Below are positions 28,266-42,978 of a stretch of DNA of 64,000 nucleotides, piece after piece; position 1 is the first letter of the stretch; the number at the start of each line of letters is the position of its first letter. Source of the DNA: the human T2T-CHM13v2.0 reference genome, Homo sapiens; assembly GCF_009914755.1 (NCBI RefSeq), contig NC_060934.1; one strand, 5' to 3'. Under the pieces are notes generated by a model that saw only the letters and a list, made by a program, of their open reading frames with translations, was not told the DNA's origin and made no database searches. The position numbers and the translations under genes were made by a program.

Positions 28266-30214
28266 GTAAATATTTCAAGTTTTGAAGCTTATGTGGGAGA
28301 GTTTTTTCCCCCTTATAGTTTATTTTCACTAATTAGACGAAATGGCCGTAGATTCTTACTGTTACAGAGAAGCCAGTCTTCCAAGATTTGCCGTCTTGAG
28401 AGAGTGTCATAGAGATAGGTGGCGCTCATAAGAATTTAAGTATAAATCAAAAGATGGTTAGTTACATTGTTTGCTCTTTAAGTTCAAAGATTATTTTTCC
28501 TTTTTAATCCATTGCTACAGTTAATTCAGTGCTCTTCATGATTTGGTTTTACTGTTTTAACTCATTTAAATATTGAATACATGCTCTGAGGGCTATACAA
28601 CATGGTGCCAAGTTATGCAGTATACATACAGGAGTAGACATCAAAGTGTAAAGCAGACAATCTGTATGGTCATGTACTTTTTACATAAACTGTCAGTGTT
28701 TTTTTTTTTTTTTTTAATCCTTTATGACAAAGCTTAGAAGAAGAAAATGCATGTAGTCTTATTATTTTCATATAGGGAAATAAGTTCTGAAAAATTAGAT
28801 GCCTTGCTGATGGTCACAAAACTAGTTAAGGTTAGTTAGTACTAGAACTAGAAACTAAATGGCATGTCTTATAGAACAGTGTTTAGTGTAATGTTATACA
28901 TCATCTAGGATGAAAATACCTGCATATGCAGATAGTCCCCTACTCAGGAACATTTATGTTCCCTTAGTGGGTTATTAAAAACTCTGATATATTCTGGCTA
29001 GGACTTCAGTTCTTAGATTGGCCCACAAAAGCCTATTTCATATATAAATATATCTAAAGTCCTTTACTAAACTAATAAGTGCTGTGTAATCTATATATAC
29101 ACATAATATTTTTGTGGAAAAATTGATTCTGATTTCCAATATGAGATGCCAGTAAAACATCTCTTTTCTCCTTCTCCCTGCTTCTCCACCATAGATCTAG
29201 TGACAGAATTAGGGACTTCCACAAATAGTTGTCTTGACTCTGAACATAATGGGTCAGCAAAGAGTGAGTATTGACGAAAAAGAAGAGACGTGGAAGTAAA
29301 GGAGAGATTATGAATGAGGAGCTAGAGAGAGACCAGGACCTTTTCTTACCAGTTTAATTTCCAGTAATACTTTCCAGTTAGGATCAGCATTGTCAGGGTG
29401 TTAGGCATTGGCCTATATAGGCATTTCACTATCCATTATGGCTACTTAATGCTTTGTGCCAGCTTTTCTTCTCTTCCCATGCTCACTGTATAACAGATTG
29501 GAACCTCCCTTTCTGTCTCAAAAAGCAAGCTCAAAGGCCTTTTGAAGTTTTCTAAGATTGTCTTTTTTTTTTTTCCTTTCTTTAACTGCCAATAACAAAG
29601 CATTCGTGATTCTGCTGAGAGACCTGAACTCTCTGTCCAACTCTTTTCTCCCTCTGCTCCCTTCCTTGCTTTTCCTGCCCCTTTTAGTGCTCTTCTCCCC
29701 TTGGCAGCCACCCTCTTACCCCCATAAACAAAACCTTTTTTTCTGTGTTCTGCACTCTAGCCTCTGTAGATAACAGTAGACTTATATGGAAATGGAAAGC
29801 ACCTTATTTGTTTTTGAAATATTATCCCTATTTCGTAGTGAAACCAGTTCTCAGTGAGATTCCTAGTATATGATCACAGGAGTAATGTCTGGGGCCTGGT
29901 CTGTTGGGGGAAATGAAAAGACATTAAATTGGAATAATGAGAAGTGGGAAGGTATGGCTTTTCTTTCACTCTTCTCTCATTTTCCTTTTGGTTGTCGGTG
30001 GCATTGAATGAGATATGGAGGCTAGGATTCTGGCAGAGGGGTTTGTGTGTGTGTGTATTCACACAGAGAATTCATAGTCTTACGTATAAAACATGTTTTG
30101 ATGTTTTATGTCTCATTGAATAAAGTACTTGATGCCCTTGTCTTTTTCAAATGGGATTACTTAGGCTTCTATTGATGTTACATTTTTGTTTATGTGATTG
30201 TTTTTTAGTAGGTA

Positions 30215-30542
30215 CAGTCATAATGATGTTTCAGTCAATGATGGGCCACATATATGATGGTGGTCCCATAAGATTATAATACTGTACTTTGATTGTACCT
30301 TTTCTGTATTTAAATATACCAATATTTATCATTTTGTTAGTAGCTGCCTATGGTATTCAGTTCAGTAACATGCTGTGCAGGTTTGTAGCCTAGAAGCAAT
30401 AGGCTGTGTCACACACATAGTTAGGCGTGGTATAGGCTATACTGTTTAGGTTTGTGTAAGTACACTCTATAATGTTCACAGAATGACAGAATTGCCTGAT
30501 GTATTTCTCAGAATGTATCCATTGTTAAGCAGTGCATGACTA
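30215..30542 (+). mobile_element. Tigger3a (MER7A) DNA transposon
   Basis: ta|cagtca...ggtggtcccataagattataatactg...gcatgact|a termini with TA flanks; ends ~105 nt upstream of exon 12. Confidence 0.85.
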
Positions 30543-30648
30543 TAAATATTGGAATTTAGCTGTCATGTGGCAAATTTAAATTTTAAAATGTTTAAGCACA
30601 GTAACTGTAGAATAGAAAATTAATTTATTTTCATGTACTGTTTTACAG

Positions 30649-30789
30649 GATGTAATTAATACTTTATTGCCTAAAGTTTTAACTAGAATAATTGAAGGAC
30701 TCCAGGATCTTGATGATGATGTCAGAGCTGTTGCTGCAGCATCATTAGTGCCTGTAGTAGAAAGCCTTGTCTATCTTCAGACACAAAAG
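30649..30789 (+). CDS. BTAF1: BTAF1 exon 12 (141 nt; DVINTLLPK...DDDVRAVAA...QTQK)
   Basis: tacag|GATGTA ... CAAAAG|gtaaat; HEAT-like DDDVRAVAA. Confidence 0.96.
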
Positions 30790-31231
30790 GTAAATTAAAT
30801 ATTTTTACAGTTTCTTACTATAGAGCTTGTTTTCATTTGGGATATGGAGTATTAGAAAATACATTGTGTACATTTTTCTCCTTCATCTTCAATTTTTTTT
30901 TTTAACAACAGCCCTCTGATGCATGCAATCTTGATTATATATTGTACTTTGGAAGAGTGAATTGGATCCATTTGTCTACTTTCCCTTCATGTACATAATA
31001 TATAGGGAACTTCCTTGAGAAGAATGCAGCCATTTCTTCCTAATTTTACTCCTGGTTTTTAGATATATTGGATTTTTGTTTGTTTTGATTTTAGTTTTTG
31101 GATTGTTTTTTTAAATCTAGTCTCCCCTCCCCTCCCTGTCTCTCCTCTCCTCCTCTCATTATTAATTATTAATTAGTATTAATTATTAACTAATAAGTGC
31201 TGTGTAATCTATATATACACATAACATTTTC

Positions 31232-31680
<449 letters not shown>

Positions 31681-32187
31681 TCTAGTCTCATTTTTTGAAA
31701 TGACTTTTTTAAAGATCTGGCTGACTTTCCACCTTATTATCAAAATCAGAACACAAAGTTAGAAGTACAGTAAGCAGTATTTTAAGAGCTTAAAAACTAA
31801 ATTTTTTTTATGATGATTAGTACCATTTTAAATGCAGTAAAATTACATAGAAGAACATGTCTTGTGTCTCGATGCTCTGTTGTTTTCACTGTTAAGTTTT
31901 TTACATAAAATAGTTGTGGCTCTTTTATTTTCTGAATTCTACCCATTATGAGTCTGGTCAGGCAGGGAAGTATCAAAGTAGAGTTGAATGGCATTAAAAA
32001 GAAGGAATAGAGAATTGTTAAAGGCAAATAGTGTGACCTCCTTAACTTTACTCAAAATTGACACCGTCCAAGGTCATTGGAATTGCATGTGTTGTTGAAT
32101 CAGTAGTGACCCCTGGGATACCATTTGGCAGGGTTTGTGAGTATTTTGTGCAAAATTGATAACTTTTCTTGAAAACTGATCTTATAG

Positions 32188-32312
32188 GTGCCCTTCATTA
32201 TAAATACATTGTGGGATGCTCTTCTGGAATTAGATGATCTAACAGCTTCAACAAATAGTATTATGACTCTCCTTTCATCCTTGTTAACTTACCCTCAGGT
32301 CCAACAATGCAG
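32188..32312 (+). CDS. BTAF1: BTAF1 exon 13 (125 nt; VPFIINTLWD...VQQC)
   Basis: tatag|GTGCCC ... TGCAG|gtaatt. Confidence 0.96.
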
Positions 32313-33407
32313 GTAATTATTTCTAATTAGTGGAATAAAGTAAAAAGTCTTTACATACCTTTCGAGATAATTCAGCCTAAACATAACAATATTTTAGCAC
32401 CTTTAAGAATAATATTATTTAAGCTGGAGATGCCAAAGACTACCGTTTTCAGAAGGCCTTGTCTTTTTTACTCTAGCCATTCGGGCAGCAGCTTACAAAG
32501 ATCATTTTTTTTTTACCCTTGAGATATTTCAGTTATATAATTCATCGTCTTGTTCGTCTTATAATTGTTTACTTAGAAATATAATCATTGAATAGTATTT
32601 CCAGTTCTAGTCCTAGAACGTAGAATTTTAGCTTTATTTAGTAACATTTAGTTAACAGAATTATCATCGAACATCAGCTTTAAATTTTCTAAAACTTGCC
32701 CCTCTGTGAACTTTTTTTTTGTAATGTTCATGTCTTCAACTCTTGTTCTTGATTTCAGTAATTACTTATCATGAAGGAAATACATAATAATGTAATATAA
32801 TGTCCAAAGGCAGAGATCAAGTGAAGCCAAAAACATACATCAAAAATTTAGTGTCACCAATTTTCCTGTCCTGATATATGAATCTCAGCTCAGCGAATTA
32901 ACATATTCCCTACCTTTTAGACTGGCCCTTGAATATTGTTACAGATAAGTGTCCTTAGAGATAGAGAATAGTGTCCTTAGAGACAGAGAAGAAAAAATTA
33001 TTATGCAACTTTAAAAAATTCACAGATGAGAAAATTACTCTTCTTGTCCTAGTGAGGGCGTTCAGTGAATGTTCATATAAATGCTTATATGTGGTTTCTG
33101 GCTCTATGAGTATTTCCCATGAAACCCATAGATGTATAAAAAAAGTAGAAAATATTTCAAATAATACTGACCTACTGGAAGTACTTTAATGCTAAGTTTA
33201 GATTAGTTGGATAGCCTATAAGTAGGAATAGCAAAATAAGTGCCTATAAAAGCAAAAGAAGAGAAAAATTGAAGTGGTAGTACATTTATGGGGTTTCCTA
33301 ATTTTTGATGTTTCTATTACTAATGAAAGCTGTACAAACTAAATGAGTTAATCTATGTGAAAGCCCTCTTTAAGCTGCAAGATGAAGGGGTTTTTCATTA
33401 CTGTAAA

Positions 33408-33620
33408 TCAAGGATTGGTAATCTTTTTCTGCAAAGGCCCAAATAGTGAGTATTTTTGTTTTGTGAGCCAGTCTGTCTGTCAAAACTACTAAGCTGTCAC
33501 TGTAGTGTGAAAACAGCTGTACATGGGTAATACATAAGAGAATGAACGTGCCTGTGTACACATAAAACTTCTACTTAAAAAAAAATGGGTGGAATGGATT
33601 TGGCCTATGGGCCTTAGTGG
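33408..33620 (+). mobile_element. MER58A-like hAT DNA transposon
   Basis: tttttctgcaaaggcccaaatagt...tgtagtgtgaaaacagc...gatttggcctatgggcc. Confidence 0.7.
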
Positions 33621-34747
33621 ATGGTGTCAGAAAAACTGGATAATATAAAAAAGAATATAGTGAAAATTCTATTAATTCAATGTGAAATAATGTAGTTTTC
33701 CGTCTTTTTTGTTTCAAATTTGCTTCATATATTGTGATACTTGGCAGATACTTTCTTCTAGTTTATGTAAGAAGAAATGTAGCATGTTATTTGGAGCATG
33801 AACAGTTAGACATTTAACAAGACTTTGTTATAATGCTTTTATGTGTTTTGTGTCTTTTTTATGTCTATGTGTACCTGTGTTTAAGTTAGAATTTTATAAA
33901 TAAATTTGCTAAATATGAAAATAAATACAAGAAGGTAGTGTTCATACAAACCTGCAAGTAATGAAAATAGTGTTAAAAGATAGGCCTCCTGGGAGGAACC
34001 ACAAAAGACCAAATACAGTGGCATATTATTTTTTGCTTATGTCTTTTTCTGTGGAGCCATATATTTCAAATGCTGCTTATGAATTATTTCCTAGTTCCAG
34101 GTAACTTTTACAAATGACTTACGAATGTGACAGGAATCCTGTGGCCCAAGTTAGTCTAGACTTGGCTTTGTTTGCTTCCCCATTTAAAACTTAATCTATG
34201 AGAAGGAAGAAATTTGAGTTTTCCTAACTTAGTAATGCTACACCAGGATAATAAATGTCAAAGTTGCTACCATACCACCACTTGCTCATTTGATATGTGA
34301 CAGAGATGGCACCAAAGGGAGATGGAAATTATGTGTATCTACCCGTTGGGGTTAGCCATGGGGAAGAAGTAAGGATTAGCAATCCTGATCATGTAGGCTG
34401 ACTACCAGCTAGGATACATGTCCCATTTTCCTAAGAACAATTACATTGGAAAGTCCTAACTTGATAAAGGTGACTCATAGCATTAGTGCCATAGAAGAAC
34501 CTGATGTTAGTATTTCTACCCTTCTTTTTGACTGCATTTGCTCTGGCTCTTCTGTTGCTACGATAACAGTTGTGAATGACATTGTTACATGAATGTTCAT
34601 ATGAAAACTGTATTATCTTTTAAGAATTTATTCATCAAAAAAGTCACATGGTGTCAGCATCACTAGATCCCATGAGAATATTTAGATAATGTATCTACAG
34701 AGTTACAACTTAGAATAAGTAAGATTAATTTGTGTCTTCTTTATTAG

Positions 34748-34868
34748 TATTCAGCAGTCACTGACAGTTTTAGTTCCACGTGTCTGGCCTTTTTTGCATC
34801 ACACTATATCATCAGTTCGAAGAGCAGCATTGGAAACTCTGTTTACGTTATTATCAACACAGGACCAG
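34748..34868 (+). CDS. BTAF1: BTAF1 exon 14 (121 nt; SIQQSLTVLVPRVWPFLHH...TQDQ)
   Basis: attag|TATTCAG ... GACCAG|gtaaga. Confidence 0.95.
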
Positions 34869-35984
34869 GTAAGAACTGATAACTATAGCAGTCTTGAAAC
34901 TTATATAAATTAATTTTATAAAATAAACCTGGTCTTTAGCTTACCCTTGCTGTATATCCAAAGATCAGGACAATGTTGGGCCTAGTGGTATGGTAACCAT
35001 GTAGATGAATATAATCACTGTAAGAGCAGAAATATTTTAATATTTTGTTCTAGATTGTATTCTCACCACTTGAAATCATGCTTAACACATAGGAAGTCCT
35101 CAGTAAATGTTTGTTGAATGAGTGATTGATTGAATAGTCTCTTCCTGTCAGAGACCTGTTATATAGTCTTTGCATGCTCTTTGTCTGTGTGGCTGACAGT
35201 TGGGTGGCTGGCAGAACCCATGGCCCAGGTGAGAAGGCTACATTTGAAGGTCTAGAGTACAACTCTTAAAAGACTTACCAAGGAATTCCCAGGCTCTTGC
35301 CTTTATTTAAAGATTTTTCAATCTTAAGAGCATGCTATTTTCAAGGATAGTATACTTCAGGAGTCACGTTGAAATGTCTACAGAGATCATTCAGATAATA
35401 TCAGTGTGTAAATGGAGCCTGTGGTAAGCTTAGGAGTCCTTGCCCTGTTTATAAAAGGCTTCACATTCCCATTTTTAAAATAACCTTATAGGTCAAACAA
35501 AGTACCTAGATTTAGGGGATTATCAATAAGAAATTTAGTTTTCTAGTGTGCAGTTAATAGGTACTACAGTTTGGGCCAATCATTTTTTAAAAATAGTGAC
35601 TAAGTAGTGAATAAGTGCCTCTTTTGTGTTCACTAACTGGATTCTCATGTGAATTAGGAACATTTTGTGTAGACTTGCCTTAGTGTGCAGCATGATACTC
35701 TGTTGAACTTCTGTAAATAAACATCTGTAAATTTTGTTTGGCATTATCATTTTGATTTTGTCTGATCCAAATCTCTGAGAACAACTGTCAGGTTTGTTTT
35801 ACAGTTCTCAGTTGATCAAGCATGGGCTGATATGACAGCTGGCATGGGTTGTTCTTAATTTTCATTTCATTTTTGCTTTATTTTTATGCTTTTTGCCTAA
35901 ATGTTTGTGAATTCTTAAATTCATTTTATGTAGACCCTTTGAAGTTACCAAATTTTTTATCTTCATATCATTCTTTTTGTATAT

Positions 35985-37290
35985 ATGGACTTTATTTTTA
36001 ATAGCAGTTTTAGATTTACAGAAAAAATGAAGGAAAAGTACAGAAAGTTCCTGAATACCCTTTTATCCCTCCTACTACCCACACATAGTTCCCCTTATTG
36101 TTAACATCTTGCATTAGTGTGGTACATTTATTAAAACTGATGAGCCAATATTGATACATTAAAGTCCACACTTTACAGTAGGGTTCGTTCACTCTTCTGT
36201 ACATTTTGTACATATTGTACATTTACAAATGTACAATAATATGTACCCACCATTACAGTATCATACAGAGTAGTTTAACTATCCCCAAAATCCCCTGTGT
36301 TCCACCTATTCATCCTTCCTTCCCTGTCCCTCAACCCTTAACAGCCACTGATCTTTCTTACTGTCTCCTTAATTTTGTCTTTTCCAAAATATCACATAGT
36401 GGAATCATATAGTATGCTGCCTTTTCAAATTGGCTTCTTTCACTTAGCAATATGAAATTAAGGTTTCTCCATGTCTTTTCATGTCATGGTAGCCCATTTC
36501 TTTTTATCACGGAATGATACTCCATTGTCTGTACCAGTTTATTCATTTGCCTTCTAAGGACATCTTAATTGCTTCCAGTTTTTGGCAATTATGAATAAAA
36601 TTGTTACAAACATTCACGTGCAGGTTCTTATGTGGGCATTAAGTTTTCAACTCACTTGAGTAAATACCAAGGAGCGTATCTGCTGAATTGTATGGTAAGG
36701 GTATGTTGACTTTTGTAAGAAACTGCCAACTGTCTTCCAAGTGGCTGTACCATTTTGTGTTTCTACCAGCAATGAGTGAGGGTTCCTATTGCTTTACATT
36801 CTGGCCAGCATTTTTTGTCAGTGTTTTGGGTTTTAGCCATTCTTATAAGTGTGTAGTAGTATTTCATTGTTGTTTTAATTTGCAGTTTCCTAGTGATACA
36901 TGATGTTAAGCATCTTTTCATATGTTTATTCGCCATCTACCTCTCATCTTCGGTGAGGTGTCTGTTCAGCTTTTGCCTATTTTTATTTATTTATTTTATT
37001 TTTGAGACAAGGTCTCACACTGTTGCATGGGTGTGATCATAGCTTACTGCAATCCTGAACTCGTGGGCTCAAGTGATCTTCCCATTTCAGCCTCCTGAGT
37101 AGCTGAGACTACAAGCACGCACCACCATGTCTGGCTAATTAAAAAAAAAAATTTTTTTTTTTTTTTTTTGTTAGAGATGAGGTCTTGCTAGGTTACCCAA
37201 GCTAGTCTTTTGCCTATTTTAATATTGGGTTGTTTTCTTATTGTTGAATTTTAAGAGTTCTTTGTATATTTTAGATACAGTTTCATATTG
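35985..37290 (-). mobile_element. L1MC-type 3' fragment with inserted partial Alu
   Basis: tagcagttttagatttacagaaaaa...ggaatcatatagtatg...tggcttctttcacttagcaatatg. Confidence 0.75.
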
Positions 37291-37791
37291 TTTTTTAAAG
37301 CCCTTTTATTCCTTATTAGGTGATCAAGCCACCTGCAGGCTATTTTTAACTTGTGACTTTATTATTAGTAATACCAACTTTACATTACTAGAAAATAAGG
37401 TATTCTGTATAAATGAAATTTTCAAATAACTGAAATATACTTTTTTTGCCACAAAAAAAAAGTTAGCTATTAAAATGACTGCCACAGTAGATCATCATTT
37501 TAAAGTATATTAAACATAAGCTAACTTTTTTTTGGTGAGTCAGTCACCAATATTATTTGTTGGTTATTAGTTTTTATACTGTTTATTATAGCATACTGTG
37601 GGAATATTGAGATACATGAGTCACTGTTTGCAGTAATTGAACTGTTCTTTTTCGGTTTGCTGTTGCCTAATTTTTATCTCCTCTCTGCCGTCAATTGTGA
37701 TTTCTCACTTTTGTTAGTCTTGTAATACCTCCTCCCTTGTTCTAAAATTTTTGCTATAAATAAGATCCCAAGATTGTTATAAATCCCCGTC

Positions 37792-38087
37792 GGGCCCAGC
37801 GTGGTGGCTCAGGCCTGTGATCCCAGCACTTTGGGAGGCTGAGGCGGGCGGATCACTTCAGGCCAGGAGTTCCAGACCAACGTGGGCAACATGGTGAAAC
37901 CCTGTCTCTACTAAAAATACCAAAATTAGCTGGGCATGATGGTGTCTGCCTGTAATCGTAGCTACTCGGGAGGCTGAGGCACAAGAATTGCTTGAACCTG
38001 GGAGGCAGAGGCTGCAGTGAGCCGAGATTGCACCACTGCCAAGCCTGGATAACAGAGCAAGACCCTGTCTCAGAAAAAAAAAAAAAA
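37792..38087 (+). repeat. Alu (S-type)
   Basis: sense Alu dimer. Confidence 0.9.
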
Positions 38088-38439
38088 TTCGCCTTCCAAT
38101 TTTTAGTCCCTCAATGATTATGGATATTGGCTTTTAAAATTTCCTGGTTGTGAAAACATCTCTGTGTTCTTTGATGTTGATTTTCTTGTCCAGGGATTTT
38201 TTTTTTTTTCCTTTTGAATTTGCCCTTGCTGGCTCATAAATGAAGGCTTTGGTACTAGCCTTCATTTCTTTATCATTTAATATGACTCTTTATCATTTCC
38301 TATACCAGAATGCCATTGTCTTTGTATGTAATTTGTGGCATGTCAGCCACCTTTTAAGCATGGGCCCTCAATGTTTGTTAAGTAAATTAGTGTGAGATTC
38401 TGTGCTGGGTTTCCTGGGAAATAAAAAAAAGAAATCCTG

Positions 38440-38802
38440 TGTATTAGCCTTTTTTCACACTCCTGATAAAGACATACCTGAGACTGGGCAATTTACAAAA
38501 GAAAGAGGTTTAATTGGACTTAGTTCCACATGGTTGGGGAAGCCTCACAATCATGGTGGAAGGCAAGGAGGAGCAAGTCACGTCCATGTGGATGGCAGCA
38601 GGCAAAGACAGAGCTTGTGCAGGGAAACTCCTGTTTTTAAAATTGTCAGATCTTGTAAGAATTATTCGCTGTCATGAGAACAGCACAGGAAAGACCCACT
38701 CCGTGATTCACTTATCTCCCACTGGGTCCCTATAACAACACATGGGAATTATGGGAGCTACAAGATGAGATTTGGATGGGGACACAGAGCCAAACCATAT
38801 CA
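38440..38802 (-). mobile_element. THE1 (MaLR) solo LTR, THE1A/B-like
   Basis: tgtattag...gataaagacatacctgagactggg...ccaaaccatatca termini; 5-bp TSD tcctg/tccta. Confidence 0.9.
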
Positions 38803-39581
38803 TCCTACATGTTTCTTACCTTGGAAAAGTTTACAGTATGGTTGCTATAAGACTATTATATTACATGGTAAGTTTAATAACCTCTACAAAGAGTTAAATA
38901 ACAGAAGACCAGTATGTGAGAGATGTCAGACAGCAGCATTAAAAGACAAACTAAGCTGAAAGATCAGGAAGATTAGGTGATGTGGTTAAAAAAACTAGTA
39001 TTCCCTCACTTCTTTTTGATTCATATTTAGTATCTTTGATATGTACTTTCACAGACGTTTTACTGAATATGTCAATTTCAAGTTAGACAAGCATACAGAA
39101 TGTGTTTTGAACAAAAGTGCTTTTCTAGTCTGTTCCCTTTAGACTTTTAAAACATTCTGCTTCCATATTTTTCTTCCAGTTATTCTGACATGTTTGTGGT
39201 CCTTTTTTGTTGGAGTCTTAATGTTTATTGTGTTTCCTGTATCCTTTTGTGTTGATTATGCTTTTAGCTTCTTTTTCTATTATTTTTCATAACTTTTCAA
39301 TGGCATCATTCATGAAATTTCACTTGTGTTTAGCCTTTATCTTCAGCGTATCTCTTTACTGAAAGAGATGCTGTCTGTGAAACTTAATATTGGTGCTTCC
39401 AGATTTTGTGCTTTGTCACTGCCCTGATCCTTGCTGTTTATTATCTTCACCACCAAAGACTATGGCTATGGCACTAATCACTGATTCTTAGCAGTCTCTG
39501 ATTTTGGTCCCCACATACATGCTTTACTATTTTTATTGGCTATTTCATTCTGTGTTTTCAAATAATGGTATAAAGCCAAAC

Positions 39582-39937
<356 letters not shown>

Positions 39938-41589
39938 TAAATTTTGGGATTTTTTTTTTTAATGGAGAAAAGAGCAGGGAATTGTATGAAACAGCATTCA
40001 TTTATGTTTACACCATCCATAATTGACATTTCTTATAATTTTGTCTTTTTCAAGTTTTTGTCATAAAAAATTTAAGTTATAATCCTATCTTCTAATTTAC
40101 CTACTTCTGCCTTCTGTGTATTCATAAAAATTATCATCCTTTCTCCAGTATGCTCCTTAAAGTTTGGAATTTTCGTTTCTACATGGTCATAGCATTTCTA
40201 AAAGGAAAGAATTTAAGTTTCAGAAGGATTTGGGGGACCATAGCCTCAGTTACTCACAAACTGGTTAGTAATTTGTAATCGCCTACCACTATATTAGAAT
40301 TAAATTCCTGTCTTTCTTGGTTTTCTAATACTTGGCTCTTGTCAACATTTTCCCCTAATATTTCCTAATGTATACTCTGGAGTCAAGAACATTTTCTAAA
40401 TCCACTCCTGTATCCTAAGTGTAATCATGTTCATTTGACCAAAGTATCTTTGGACATGGCTCCTTGCTCCCTGCTCCCCTACCCCCACTCCCTCCCACTC
40501 TCACCTTCCTAAATTTTAGCTCCGTTTCTTCCTCTCTGTACCTTTTCTCTCATGAGACAAATCAAATCTCTAGTGCGACAAAGCATTTCCAACTTCTGTA
40601 ACTTGTTTTATCTAAATCATTGTTTAAAGTCGTCATTACGCAATGAAAACTCATTTAATTTTTATTGTTAATCTTGTGATCCCATTATTTGCTTTCTGAA
40701 AAGCTGTACGAATAAACCATCTCTGATGCTTTTATCTGTTATTGTATTCCTCTCCACAAATTGCCTGAAAGTTACTTATTGATTAATTTATAGCTGTGTG
40801 CAAACTCTTTGTGGTGCAGTTCCATGATTCCTTTCCTGCAACTTTGAAAGCCAAAGCTTATTGTGAATTGGGTCAATTTATAAAACTACTAATTTGGTGG
40901 CAAAACCTGACCATTCTGAAGAGAAACTGTTTAGTCTTTATCCCACTTAATGTGCCTATTCACACATTTTGCTGCAGAAATATTAATATATTTTATTCAG
41001 GTGCTACTGGTATTGTATTGGAGATATTATATAATATACACTGTATACAATTCATTATTCTAAAATTTGAAAAATTTCTGAGTTTCAAAACACTTCTGGC
41101 TCCAGGGAATTTGGATGAAAGATCATTGACCTATTGTGATAATAAAAATCCACTCTCACTTTTAATTTGTGTTCCTTTTTCTGAGCTGCTTCCTTGCCTT
41201 TGATTTCTTAGTGTTGTTAAGTATTCCTAATTAGTCAGCAATCCTTTATGGAAGCAATCATAATGTAAAGAGCCGTTAAATAGAGCTTTTTATCACTGTT
41301 GTTACCCCTTCAATGGTAAAATGAAAAGATCCCTTAAATAGACAGGATCTGAGTTCTAACTTTGGCTCTATCATTTGCTAATTTATGACCTTTGTCAGAT
41401 TTGTCTAACCCTCTCTGGTGATTATCTCTAGCCTCTGTCAGAGTTACATGGATCAAGTGAGATAATGTGTATGAAAGTGCTTTGAAAATGTTAATGCTAT
41501 ACAAGTATAAATAATAGTACAGATACTAAAAGAATAATTAGTAGTTCCATTCTGAGCATTCTTTCCTTATTCTGGGGTATAGGAATGAT

Positions 41590-42100
<511 letters not shown>

Positions 42101-42589
42101 TAACTAAATTTTATACGGGGACAAAATAATTATGTGTCTAATTGCTTTCCCACTTCTGCTTATGGAGTCATTTTAACTACAAAGTGAGAAAAGGAAACTC
42201 ACCTGAATTACTAGTAGCTGTGTCCTGGTTTCAGTTTCTAACTTCTCAAGCTATACCTCAATAATTCTAAAGTAATTTTTCAAGGTCAGACTTGGCTATA
42301 GCTCAGTGTGTCACTGCGTTGTAAAGATTGATGCTTCTGTTTCCTTGAAATTATCCTGGTTATCTTTAGTAATTTTTTGGTTTTGTTTTGCTTTGTAAAA
42401 TCAGTAGATTTTATAAGGGAGATGTCCTTATTTTTAAAAGGTATCCATTATAAGTATGTGTGCTGGCATGCACATCTCTAAAATGTCCTTAAATAAAACT
42501 ACAGTTAATGCAGTTGTCTCTGAAACATTATTTCCTTTATACTTCCCTGTGGCATACCATGGCATTTGTGAAAATATATTGTTTAATCA

Positions 42590-42978
<389 letters not shown>

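Noticed and set aside
35775-35811. Short hairpin ctgagaac...gttctcag as a snoRNA or miRNA
   Set aside because: Stem too short for a pre-miRNA; no convincing H/ACA or C/D box arrangement
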